Positions 1 to 11,800 of a DNA stretch of 64,000 bases are shown here, one piece after another. How positions within the stretch are numbered: the stretch's first letter is position 1; each line of letters opens with the position of its first letter. The translations under genes and the position numbers were made by a program. Origin of the DNA: Octopus bimaculoides. Its lineage: Eukaryota. Under the pieces are notes generated by a model. That model saw only the letters and a program-made list of their open reading frames with translations. It did no database searches and was not told where the DNA came from. The stretch lies in NCBI RefSeq assembly GCF_001194135.2, contig NC_068990.1:31180476-31244475 (forward strand), written 5' to 3'.

Positions 1-1080
1 TTGTTAATGCACAAGTATTTTGCTCTGAATTAATCATTTTTATAAAACAAAACTTCGATATGTTCATAGATCATCAAAAACATCTTTTCTAAAATATACT
101 TTGTTGATTATAGTGTGCGTCTTATCACCCACAAGCCGCGAAATTAAATACTTCTCAGAATATAACAGTCGTTTCGCGAAAACATCGCAGATACCTCTCT
201 TGTATTGTATTGTCCTTGTACGACATACCCCCCCCCCTCACTCTCTCTTTCTAGTAACGTTGTTGTCTCCCTTACATTAAGTAACTAATATAATGATTAT
301 CTTCGATTACTGTACCTTCGGACATAAAGATGCACCTCGGTTTTCTCAGGAAAATAAAAATATAGCTAACCCCTGTCTCACATTCGGCCCTTGACCAATT
401 TATCTATCACTACATGACCGTTCATATTCTGGTTATAAATTTTTCATATACAGGAATTATGAAAATGTCGACTGATACTTTTTGGTAAACGATCGTGATA
501 GGCTAAGCTACTTACATAACACTACGAAATATCACCACTGGCCTTCTCCTAGATGTTAACGGCTTTTTACACCCCTTGTTATTCTTTATTACAATTACCC
601 GTGTCTTTATTATTTTTTTATATAAAGTTACCGAAGCGGTAATTTATATCAAGAAAGAACTACTGTAATGTATTGTTATCTTAGGAAAATAATGTCTACG
701 ATCAGATACAGCATTGGCATGCCAAAACTTAACAGTATTTTTTCAATTTTTGTTAGTGCACAGCTTCAGTAAACACAAATTTTTCTATTAAGTACAGTAC
801 AATTATATTTGTAATTTATTACAATAACTACACGTGTATAACTATATTTGCAATTGGTAATATTTAGTTGCTAATCGTTTTAAAGTAATTTGAGAAACAC
901 TCTTGTAAGTAAGGCGTAGGGTGTTCACAGCCTGTCCGAAGCTTGACCTTAAGTAAATAAGGCACAGTAGGATTTTTCAGACACTTTTTGTTGGGAGGGA
1001 ATGGCATTTTCAATTGCAAAATTATTGATTTAGAACTAAATATATAAAGCAAAACAGTCTTTATTGCTAGCGAATTTCAT
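1..1080. promoter_or_regulatory. CpG-retaining, promoter-like segment
   Basis: More than 20 CpGs in unique sequence, versus strong CpG depletion through the TM9SF1 introns. Confidence 0.4.
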
Positions 1081-1196
1081 TAGATCTTCCAAGTCCCTAT
1101 TTCCATAATATTATGCATTTTCATTTTCATCCTTGTCCATGTTTTTCCTTCATTATCACAAAATGCTTGGATCTTTGTCCAGATCAAAGAAAAAGT

Positions 1197-1541
1197 GCAG
1201 GTGTGGCTGTGTGGTAGAAGTTTGCTTCCAATCCACATGGTTCCGGGTTCAGTCATACTACATAGCGCCTTGGGCAAGTGTCTTCTACTTTAGCCTTGGC
1301 CGACTAAAACCTTATGAGCGGATTTGGTAGATGAAACTGAAAGAAACTCATCAATATCTGTGTCTGTCTCCCACCACTACTTGACAACTGGTGTTGATGT
1401 GTTTATGTCTCAATTACTTAGTGGTTCAGCAAAGGAGATTGATATAATTAGTACTAGGGCTGATTCATTCGCCTAAAATTCATCAAGGTGGTGCCCCAGC
1501 ATGGCCACACTCTAATGACTGAAACAAGTAAAAAATAAAGG
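1197..1541 (+). mobile_element. tRNA-derived SINE, family A
   Basis: Head gtgtggctgtgtggt..ggttccgggttcagtc (A/B-box-like), core ttgggcaagtgtcttctact, tail gactgaaacaagtaaaa. Many copies in the window. Confidence 0.85.
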
Positions 1542-2154
1542 ATAACCCACAGATGTGTTTATGGGTTGTGCATCAGATAACTTCTGGAACTTCGGTGCTT
1601 TAATTTCTACTGAAGTTACCACTAATTATAGCATGAGCTGGTTGGAAAAAGTTTGTGAAAATGCAGATGTTTGTAGATGTGACATTATTGAGTAGAAGTG
1701 AATAATAAAAAAAATTTATTTAAAAATTAAAAAATTTTATTGAAGCTACAAATTGAAACAAATTTGAAGCATCATGCTTATTGTTTCTTTTCTCTCTACA
1801 GGATTGCCGCAGTTCAATTAGTATCTTTACTTGGAAATTTTACCAAACGGAAAGGAAATGAAGAATAGTGTTTTACACTAAAANNNNNNNNNNNNNNNNN
1901 NNNNNNNNNNNNNNNNNNNNNNNNNNNNNNNNNNNNNNNNNNNNNNNNNNNNNNNNNNNNNNNNNNNNNNNNNNNNNNNNNNNNNNNNNNNNNNNNNNNN
2001 NNNNNNNNNATATATATATATATATATATATAAATTATATTTAAATGGCTCATTCATTGTTAATTTCTTGTGCATATCTTTTTCTAATGAGTTGTAGTGC
2101 ACCTGAGTACTGTATACATTAAGTTAATCATCATCATTATTATCATTATTATTT

Positions 2155-3446
2155 CTTTTTAACTCAGGTTTTGTTGGAACTCCTGGAGTCTTGCATGCAT
2201 AGCGGGCTTGCTGCTTGCAGCCTATGGTACGATGTTATCTGTTCTTTTCAACTATCTGGTACTATCCTACTTATTCTGGTCGTGCCAAGGAGATAAACCT
2301 TTTGTAACAGTTCTACTGGACACTCTGTTCTGATTTCCTTTATATTCCTCTTGATGCCTTCTGATACTGTCCCCAAAGACCTAAAAATAATTGACACTGT
2401 CTTCACCTTCTTCATTTGCCATAGCCAGATTTCGTACTTAGGAGAATTGTATATATCTATTTTTCCACCTTCTTTCTTGACTATTTGTGGGTCAAAGGAG
2501 TATGCAACTTCAACTATATAGCACATATGGTGCACCTTGTCCACCACCAACTAGATCCAGCTTGTTATGCTCTAGTGCTTGATATGTTTAGATTGGGAAA
2601 TCCCACAGGATTTTGCAGGTCTTCAACCTCACTGTGGTTTGTGCTCATACCACATCTAGCCTCTCTCTAGACCCCACTTTTTGCACAGTTTCCAATGTAG
2701 TACTTTTGCTACCTCATCATGTCACCACAACTTGTAATGGTTTGGGGAAAGTCTAGGGCATTCGTTCAGAATATGGGCGATGGTTTCAGCCACTCTATTA
2801 CAGATATGTCACAGTAGAAACACTTGCTCATTCCCAAGGTTGACCCTCCAATTTGTGGCCAAAATTTGGTCTTGCACTGCCAGTATGGTGCTCTCAGTCT
2901 CTTTTTTTCAGTGTTCCTTTCTTCAACCAGCCTCACCTGTGTTCTGTAGCAACTTCAGTGTGGCTACATGGAATTGATTGTGTAGTCCCTTGTGTAATAC
3001 TTCTTGATGTTCTTTTTGTACTTCTTGCTTGATTTCCCCCTTTTCTCTGCTTTCAATACTCCCTCATTTCTTACTGCCACTAGCAAGGTTTCCTTCCTTT
3101 GGGATAGGGGTCTCAGTAAGCTCCCGAGTTCGATATGTATGCAGCCTTCCACACGTATCAGTCCCCTTCTTCCATTTTCTCTCTTCATGTTCAGGCAATC
3201 AGTGTTTGCACTTGAATGATGGGCTCCATGCATCGTTAGAAGCTTTCTTGTATTCCTGTCCAACTCCTTTATTTCCTTCAGGTCCATACTGAACAACTGC
3301 AACTGAGTGTGAGTTTATTGCTGAAATTATGTTTCTGGCATTCAGCTTTGAAACCAATATTTTTCTCGCTTGCTGCAGGTACTCTTTCTTTGTCTTTTCT
3401 TTCATATTGTTGTGTTTAATTCCATCTGCCTCAAGTATTCCTAGGT
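2155..3446 (-). mobile_element. 5'-truncated, decayed non-LTR retrotransposon with restriction-like endonuclease (R4/Dong-like)
   Basis: Minus frames give YLGILEADGIK (end of RT), TRKLLTMHGAHH..RENGRRGL, a CCHC knuckle (ETIAHILNEC..HDEVAKVLHW) and an RLE-type HNKLDLVVVD..IVEVA..; multiple stops and frameshifts. Confidence 0.85.
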
Positions 3447-3465
3447 ATTATTATTATCATTATTA

Positions 3466-4100
3466 TTAAATCAGTAAACTGGCAGAATTCTTAGCAGATG
3501 CTTTGTGACATTTCATCTATCTTTACATTCTCAGTTCAAATTCTGCTGGGGTTGGCTTTTTGTCTTTCATCCTTTTGGGGTCGATAAAATAAGTACTAGT
3601 TGATGTAATTGACTACCCCCTCCTCCAAACTTCAGGCCTTGTGCCAATATTAAAAAGGATTATTATTATTATTATCAATATTATTATTAAGGCAGTGAGC
3701 TGGTAGAATCATTAGCATGCCAGGCAAAAATACTTAGTAGCATTTTTGTCCATCTTCATGTTCTGAGTTCAAATTCTTTCAGGGTTGATAAATTAGACAC
3801 TGGGATTGATGTTATCAACTAGTCTCCTCTCACCAAATTTCAAGCCTTGTGCCTTCATTAGTAAAGATTATTATTATTATTCAGGTGGTGAGCTGGAAGA
3901 ATCGTTAGCGCACCAGGTGAAATACTTAGCAGCATTTTGTCTATCCTCATGGTCTGAGTCTAGATTCTGCCAAGCTCAGCTTTGCCTCTCATCAACTTCC
4001 AAACGGAGGTCAATGAAATGAGTACCAGTGACACACTGGAGTCAATGTAAATGACTAGCCCCTCCCCAACAATTTCAGTCCTTGTGCTTAGAGTAGAAAC
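3466..4100 (+). mobile_element. Three head-to-tail SINE copies, family B (about 3466-3660, 3689-3870, 3882-4100)
   Basis: Each has gagctgg(c/t)agaatc..ttagc..ttc(t)gagttcaaattc..ccttgtgc followed by a (TAT)n tail. Confidence 0.85.
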
Positions 4101-5139
4101 GATTATTACTATTATTATTACTATTATACTTTTAGTAAATTAATATAGTAAAATATGAAATCTGTATAATTTCTGTTTTTGTTAACTTGATTGTTATACT
4201 GAAAATCCTGACAGGCCTGTTTTTTCATTTGTTTGTATTTTATTTTCTGTTATTTTAAAATTCTAACTACTTTAATCATCCATTTTTCTGCATATTTAAA
4301 ATTGTCATTAACTTTAAATTTCTCAGTCATTTTCATATGTTATATAAACTCATTGAATACATCAAATTATGAATTGTTCTTTCCTGGTGTCTCAGTATTC
4401 CAGGCGACATTTCACTCCAGACACGTAACAGTTGTATATTTTCTAGTGAAGAGTTTATCAATAAAAAGTTTATAAAAAGAAGTAAGTTTGATTATATTTT
4501 TGTTATACTCTTACTAAATTACCCAGCAGTGCTCGAGTTGGAGACTCAAGTAATTCACAATAGCATTGCACAATTTATAATAAATCTTGAAAGAACATTC
4601 AGCAAAGTCTTGGACTATGTTCATTTTGCAGATGTTTTGTTTAAAATATTTTTCCAGGTATTCTTATTTTAAATATATGTGATTTCATCATCAACGTCAT
4701 TATCATCAGCATTGAGATAAAATAATACTAGGTGGCACTGGTATCGACCATACAAAGTATCTATAAAAACTTCTGGTAGCAATTTTTTGAAGTGATCCCT
4801 TTAACTTTCAAGCTATACAGTTATGACAGAATATAGAAAAAGCACCCTGTTTATACATGTACAAGACTAAAGACCAAAAGGACTAGGAACCTGAAATTGC
4901 AATATTTATTGATGGTATGAAGATAATTAACTAAATTTTCTGCAACCATCTTATATATAATATTCTCTTGTGTGACATCAGAACCCAAATTTTATTACAA
5001 TACTTAGCTATGTCCATTGTTATACATTTTACCATCTAAATTTCAATGGAGAAAGTCAACATTGTTTTATGAAGTACTTTTATAATTATCATTTATTTCA
5101 ATACATCTGAAATTATTTTGATACAGTATTACTTTTACA

Positions 5140-5366
5140 CAATTGATATGTGTAAGACACATGTTCACCATTCAGAAACAAAGACTTAACTTCACTTAAA
5201 CATTTCTTGTTTGTAACATGGTGCAGTCCAACCCATGAACACTGTCAAGTCACAGTTTCACATGATGAAAATTTTGACACCATATTACAATCAATAAATG
5301 TTTAAGTGAAGTTAACAGTCTTGTGTGTTTCTGATTGGCTAACGTGGGTCTTCCATGTTACAATTG
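5140..5366. repeat. Long imperfect inverted repeat (foldback/MITE-like)
   Basis: Arms 5140-5223 and 5278-5366; core ttaacttcacttaaacattt / aaatgtttaagtgaagttaa is a perfect 20-bp inversion. Confidence 0.8.
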
Positions 5367-6650
5367 TTTTAGTTTCAATATGTCTCAAATCAAAACACTT
5401 GCCTTGCAATTGCTATTATAGTTTCTGATCTTAATTACAAATTTTCATCAAATTTAGGAATAAATAAAATTATATTGTAAAATTACATGTTGCAATAATA
5501 TTAACAATTTTCTTTTGCTAGCTCTAAAATAAGACAGTAAGTATTAAAATGAACTGATTTCTTCTTTAGTTATTTCCATGAGAAAATGGATAGAGTGACA
5601 TATTTCATCAAATCTGTATTAACAAATGCCAGTTGCACCTCCAGATTGAAAAGTTGAATAGATTAACAAAGCATGTTGAAATTTTGTAAACTCTTTATTT
5701 TTAATTACAAGAATGCAGATGCATTAAACAAGATAAGGAATATGATGTTAAACATGATATAGTATCACACTAAATGCTTTGCAATATTTCTAAGTTCATA
5801 TCCTACCAGTATAAATTCTGCCATACACCCTCCTAGGTCAATAAAGTTAAAACTAGATTTCAGTTGTTCAACAAAATGTACTTTTTTCCCTTCAAATCTG
5901 TGATCAAGTATTTATCAAATAATTATAGTTATTGAAACATATTTTAATACACTTAACTGTTTAAAATATCATTTTAAACATTTTTTTGAAGTTCTTAATA
6001 ACTGACTTTGGTCACTAATCTCACATCAGCATTTTACAAACCTCCTTTGCTTTTGAATTTAAACAAAGAAACAATAATAGCAACAAATATTGGCATCTTT
6101 AGTAGACTCAAGTAACACTGGATTACAATGTTTGTTTATTCTATGTTAGCATGTAAATTAAACACCAGAGATGCTTTGCCCCATGAAGAAACTGCAGGAG
6201 CTCAGAGCTATTGCAAGCTTTTCTGAATCCATTGCAATGATGGAAACCTTTCCATATCATCAGCAGGTTAGCATGAATTATATTTCTGTTATTATTTCAC
6301 TTACATTTCACATGCTTATAAATATTCTGTGAACACTATGAAAATATATCTGAATATACTCAATTATATTCAACTTCTGAGGTATGACATTTTCAGTAAA
6401 ACTTAATAAGCAGCTGATAGATATTTTATAGATCTTCTATCATACTGACAGCTAATAGTTGAAAAAGAGAGGGAGAGAAAACAAAAACAAACAAAAAAAT
6501 CACTACTTAGACAAAGACCATATATACTAAATGAAAAAAAAATTGTGAAAATTTATCAATTATCTTTTTCAAATGCTGCTTACAAATATAAACACCTAAA
6601 CATTTCTATCTTAGCAGATAAGATGTATTCACTCTAACTGGGGTTATTAA

Positions 6651-6830
6651 CCCTTTTGTTACCATATTTCTGTTGCAACACTTTTTGTTTAAATTAATTT
6701 TGAAAATAATAAAGAACTGAATAAAACAACTTTTATCATTATTAAGCTAGTGTTTGGAATATAAATTAACAGGAAATTTTAACAGGTTTTAACAGACCAC
6801 TTTAAAGCAAGAAGTTTGTAACAAAAGGGG
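6651..6830 (+). mobile_element. piggyBac-like MITE
   Basis: TTAA|cccttttgttac ... gtaacaaaagggg|TTAA: TTAA on both sides and a 12-bp TIR. Confidence 0.8.
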
Positions 6831-7316
6831 TTAACAATATAATTAGTTTCAACAACTATATATAAAACAATATATGATTTATGATAGAAGTATGAAAGGA
6901 AGTGTTAAGTTATGATAGTTATATATTTTCCAAGGCTGTAAGAAGTGATACAAACAATATGATTGCTAAAATATGAATACAGAGCCCCAGCCACACCAAA
7001 ATATAAGTAAAAATATGAAATGGCATATAACTACCCTAAACAAATAAAATATGTTACACCAATCCGTTACTGAGTATTTGGACAAACTTTAGGATTAGAG
7101 AGTTAAAACATATTGATTCATTATGCTAAAGTCACACTCAAAAGAATTAGTTTCTCTGTAGATACATTTAAAACACGTAACTTACTTGGTATATAAAATT
7201 TCTCATATACATATGTGTGTACACACACACAAACACATATATACACATGAATTTAAAGCAACCATAAAACAAAAGAAGACTCAAATATATGTTTGCAGAG
7301 TACAATGTAATGTATG

Positions 7317-7961
7317 TTTATTAACAGCTGAATATTACAGTGTCACTTCTCAAGTGCCACCATTTCATAGTATGTAAGGTAATGTCTTGATGTGCTGTGA
7401 AATGGTGAAACTTCAGCCATGATAGTAAGTAAAGCATACATACATCAATACATTCATTTTTATTGCATTTTGTAATATTATATATAATTAAGTATGAAAG
7501 TCTTTTGCTATACCTACTCACTGACATTGTCCCTTAATAGAGTAATCAGTGACCAGGCTGTACACAGTACAATGAAAGAATTTGATTGCTAATAATATAT
7601 ATTATAATATAATAATATATAATCATATTATATATAATACTATTATATACAAAAACAAAGTGAATATAAATGTATATGTATGTTTTAAAGAATCATTGAT
7701 TCTTTATCACAAAGTAATTGTTTCCATTTCAGCAGATTCTCATCAAACTTCTACAACTGTGAATTTTATAAAATCTCATAAAAAAAAGTACCTTTCTCAG
7801 CATTTAATCTTCTGAGTGCACCAGAAAAAACAAACAAAAACCAAACAAACAAAAAAACAGTTAATGCTTAAGTTCTAATAAAAGATGATTTTGAATGAAA
7901 TGATCTTGTGGGTCTTGAATATGCATGCTTAAATGCTGCTCTTTCATAACCAAATTTTATT
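7317..7961 (-). terminator. Candidate polyadenylation signals for TM9SF1
   Basis: AATAAA on the minus strand at 7956-7961, 7459-7464 and 7317-7322, downstream of the stop. The used site cannot be determined, and such hexamers are frequent in AT-rich DNA. Confidence 0.3.
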
Positions 7962-8196
7962 TATACATATTTTTAAAAAATATTTTGCCACGTTCATTTA
8001 CAATCATTGGAAATTTTTTTTGAAAAATATTAAATATGGATATTTTTCTACTTCAGGAGTAAAAATAATAACTGCAATTGAAATTAAAAAAAACCCTTAT
8101 AATAGTGTTAACTTTTTACTGTTTCCCAATATATATGGAAAAAAAAATCATTAAAATTGATAATGATAAATAAAAACAAGATTAAATGAAACTGAA

Positions 8197-8398
8197 TTAG
8201 TCCATTTTTAAGTTCACATAAATGTAACGTACAAACTTTAGAGATGCAAAAAATGAGACAGTTCCAAGCATTAGAAAAAAGACATAACATGACAAAGTAG
8301 TGTAACCAAAGAATTCCAGTGTTTGAAGAAGTCCCGACATATTTGATCTTTTGAAGTAGTAGAAAAGTGCATAAAGGAATACAAAGCAGCCTGTGGAC
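8197..8398 (-). CDS. TM9SF1: TM9SF1 last coding exon with stop
   Basis: tctttttag|G TCC...GAC TAA; [66 protein letters not shown]. The C-terminal K-x-D is the COPI/Golgi-retention motif described for EMP70/TM9SF proteins. Confidence 0.97.
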
Positions 8399-8447
8399 CT
8401 AAAAAGAAAATAATTTATTATTCATTAAGAGAAATATACATGTATAT

Positions 8448-8834
8448 GTTGTGTTGTTGGCACTCCGTCGCTTACGACGACGAGGGTTCCAGTTGATCCG
8501 ATCAAAGGAACAGCCTGCTCGTGAAATTAACGTGCAATTGGCTGAGCACTCCACAGACATGTGTACCTTTAACGTAGTTCTCGGGGATATTCACCGTGAC
8601 ACAGTGTGACAAGGCTAGCCCTTTGAAATACAGGTACAACAGAAACAGGAAGAAAGAGTGAGAGAAAGTTGTGGTGAAAGAGTACAGCAGGGTTCGCCAC
8701 CATCCTCTGCCAGAGCCTCGTGGAGCTTTAGGTGTTTTCGCTCAATAAACACTCACAACGCCCGGTCTGGGAATCGAAACCGCGATCCTATGACCGCGAG
8801 TCCGCTGCCCTAACCATTGGGCCATTGCGCCTCC
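8448..8834 (-). mobile_element. Young tRNA-derived SINE, family C
   Basis: Minus head GGAGGCGCAATGGCCCAATGGTTAGGGC..GTTTCGATTCCC with a D-arm GCCC/GGGC, many intact CpGs, (CAA)n-type tail. Confidence 0.88.
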
Positions 8835-9313
8835 TCAATGTAATTACTGTTGACAGAAATGCTAGTTTTGTTCTGAAAATTTGAGGATTTTTAAGATTTC
8901 AAATGGTATTTTATAATGTTATGAGCTTAAGTGATAACTGTCATCATCATTGTCAGATTTTTTTTTAATGCTGATTCAGTTTAAATAAACATGAATAAAG
9001 CCTTTTCTCTAATTGTCTAGCTCTATGTCAGCCTTGATTCAACAGACCTATTTCAACTGTGACTATTTTGTATATTGAGGACTATATTGACTTTCTTTTT
9101 AAGACAGTATGGTTAGTATTTCTAGCAAATCAAACAACCATGTAGACCTTCTTTGTTGGCTTCTAATACAGAATGTTAAATGAAAATGTTGACATTTCCA
9201 GATCAGACTTTTTGCAAATCCTAAACAATTTTTGAGTTCACTTCCCAAAAATTGAAATACAAATCAATTTATAAACCTTCAAAGAGATGTTTCAAGCATG
9301 AAGTAAAACTTAC

Positions 9314-9505
9314 CCTGCACTAAAAATTGATCTCCACCACCATCTGTAGTCTTCAGCAGATAATTGGAAGTAGGTAAGAGCTACAGAAATGCAAGCTGTC
9401 ACGCTGAGCAAAATTCCATAAACAACAAATAAGATACCATAGAGTGTGTATTGTTCACGTCCCCAAAGTGTGGCAAATATATAATACAACTCAACAGAAA
9501 TAGCA
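9314..9505 (-). CDS. TM9SF1: TM9SF1 coding exon
   Basis: tctttgcag|T GCT...GCA GG|gtaagt; [63 protein letters not shown](G), containing the family motif EDYRWWWRS. Confidence 0.98.
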
Positions 9506-11081
9506 CTGCAAAGAAAACACATTTATAATAGCTATAATACAATCAATTTTTATATAGACATACATGTAATTGTTTTGTGTTTAAACAGTATTTACATATT
9601 ACTCAAATTTACTTACTCTATACTTTGATGTATATTGTCCTGATGACATAGAATAGGTAAGAGCAGTTATATAATGAAAAGTAAAATGATTAAGGGGAAA
9701 TAACTCAAGTAGGTCAATGGCATAAATTTTGATAAAGAGTCACAAGCTGAATGATATATGCGAAACAATCCCAATTAATTGATGTTTCCCTCTAATTAGT
9801 GACAGTAAGCAAAAATACAGAGGTAATAATTGATAACTTCAAGGAATTAAGAATTGAATAAGCTTAGGAAGAAAATCTGATCTTAGTCGGCAAAGGAGAC
9901 ACTTAGATATATTTCAGTGTTATCAGATGCATCAACATAAACAATCTGTCCAAGCCTGCTTTGATTAAATGTAACTTTGATCTATATGTAAAATCTTTTT
10001 CATTGATACATAAATTTCATGAAACTATCTGCCTTACTATTTAAGAATTGCTAATAATTACCACCAGGTAATTAAGAAGTTTTACTAATGCTATTGAGTA
10101 CATCATATTTCCATAAAAGGAGATTTATTTTCATAAACGGAGGCTTGCATTGTGTTTAGAAGGCATTGCAATAGAAACTATCAATATATTTATTTCTTTG
10201 CTTGGTTGATGTGAATATCAAGTGTACAAATTATACTAGTCAGCAATAAAATATGTACCCAATTTTTTAAATATATATATATATGTTGGTTCTGGATTTT
10301 GCAGATTCTTCAAAACTAGTGAGACAGATATGGCTTATCTCCACGTCCTGAAGATGTGGATATGGAAGGAATTCCAGAGGGTCGACATTCTGATAAAGAT
10401 TGAGAGTAAAAGTTAATGTGGAGTCCAATGGAGGGGATATGCCATATTGATGACAAGAGGGGAAGAGATAAATATGTTTGGTGGGTTGGTTAAGTGGGCT
10501 ATGCAACTAGCTAGTTGAAGAGCAGAGGCAATTAGATTAGGCAGGTTGAGGAGGTAGTACTTCAGTAGGGTAGAATTTGTAGTGTGTGGATGAGTAAATC
10601 ATTGCCATTAGATGGCTTTTTTGGATGTTTTTCAATGGTGGTATATTTATCACCATAAATTTTATCCAGTTATAAATCACAAATCGTAGCTGATATTTTA
10701 GTCTTACTTGTAAACTGACTTTGGAAATGAAATCATTAAAAAGTAATGTTTAATATTGGTTTTAAAAAATTCATTTTAATTTTTATTCGTATTTTTGGCC
10801 TGAACAGCCATATAACTTTATTAAATGATTTCAACTTAAAGCAAAATATTTTTGTAGTTTAATATTATAAAACATTTGCTCCTAAAACACATTGGATATT
10901 GAAAAACAGCTTATCACATTATAGTACATTAAAACGAGTTGCAATTAAAAAAACAAAATAGCAGTATGGTGACTAGTATACTTCATCAATAAATATTTCT
11001 GAACGCATCCCAATGTCTACTAAGTATTGATGTTCCTTGGTATCACAATTCATTGGAGTAAAATATATTTTAAAATATTAC

Positions 11082-11244
11082 CTGAATGGTAGAAATCCTC
11101 CCACAAGGCAATGAGCAAATGCAGACCTGTACCATGGAGCAGAGGGAATTTCACGAGCAATATTTTTTGTTCGACAAGGAGCATCAAAACCATTTGCCCA
11201 ATTTTTACCAAAAATGCCACCAACAACAGTTAAAGGGTATCCCA
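11082..11244 (-). CDS. TM9SF1: TM9SF1 coding exon
   Basis: tttacag|TG GGA...TTC AG|gtaata; [53 protein letters not shown](S). Confidence 0.97.
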
Positions 11245-11624
11245 CTGTAAATAGAAATGCATTTAGTAGTTTAAATAAAATTAAAATATATAAAATTTGC
11301 TTTCAAGTGATATATATTATTCAATATCACTTCAGTGGCAAATAATATCAGTACAACAACTTCACTTCATATAAAATGATGAATTACTGGTAATAAATAC
11401 AAAATATATGCTTCAAAATCTTACTTTTAGAGTACTTTATAATATATTTCTATGTGGTGGGTACAATATTTAATTCTAAACATCTATTTATCTTTGTGGA
11501 TTGATGAAATTTACTTCCTGAACTAGAACCTATATACCTCATAGTTCTCAACTGATCTTATTTAATATGTAGTTAAAAATAATAAAATGAAGTTGTTTTA
11601 AAACTTAATACAAATATTTTGTTT

Positions 11625-11800
11625 GTGAAGCTCATGAATGCCTTAGCTTGCCTCACTGCAGGCTCAGGTGATGCCCATGAGGGTGCTTGGCTTTTCAAAC
11701 ACCTTAGCCTCACCATCGCTCGTGGTAATGCTGCGAGCATGCTGGCTTGCTTCAGTAGGTTCCGTTGAACCTTGCGGTGTGTGACCAATTGATGCATTGA
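11625..11800 (+). mobile_element. 3' ORF end of a CRE-like (RLE) non-LTR retrotransposon
   Basis: Plus frame 11625-11768 reads VKLMNALACLTAGSGDAHEGAWLFKHLSLTIARGNAASMLACFSRFR*, resembling the C-terminal LxQRLSxAIQRGNAAS motif of CRE-like elements (recalled, not searched). Confidence 0.6.

Noticed and set aside
1553-1695. Protein-like frame DVFMGCASDNFW..CRCDIIE*
   Set aside because: No polypyrimidine acceptor, phase incompatible with exon 454-484, no recognisable family. H/ACA-like boxes are present but the second hairpin does not fold.
5261-5334. C/D-box snoRNA (ATGATGA...CTGA)
   Set aside because: Boxes fall inside the foldback repeat, with no terminal stem and no recognisable rRNA guide
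4632-7425. Further plus-strand exon candidates (4632-4657, about 6168-6266, about 7339-7378)
   Set aside because: Individually plausible splice sites, but acceptors are weak or no consistent reading frame results; insufficient without RNA data
8755-8834. tRNA gene on the minus strand
   Set aside because: Only the D-arm and A/B boxes are good. Acceptor, anticodon and T stems do not pair, and the sequence continues into a SINE body.
10285-10620. Possible Penelope-like fragment
   Set aside because: Composition differs from the flanks, but no diagnostic RT or GIY-YIG motif could be read
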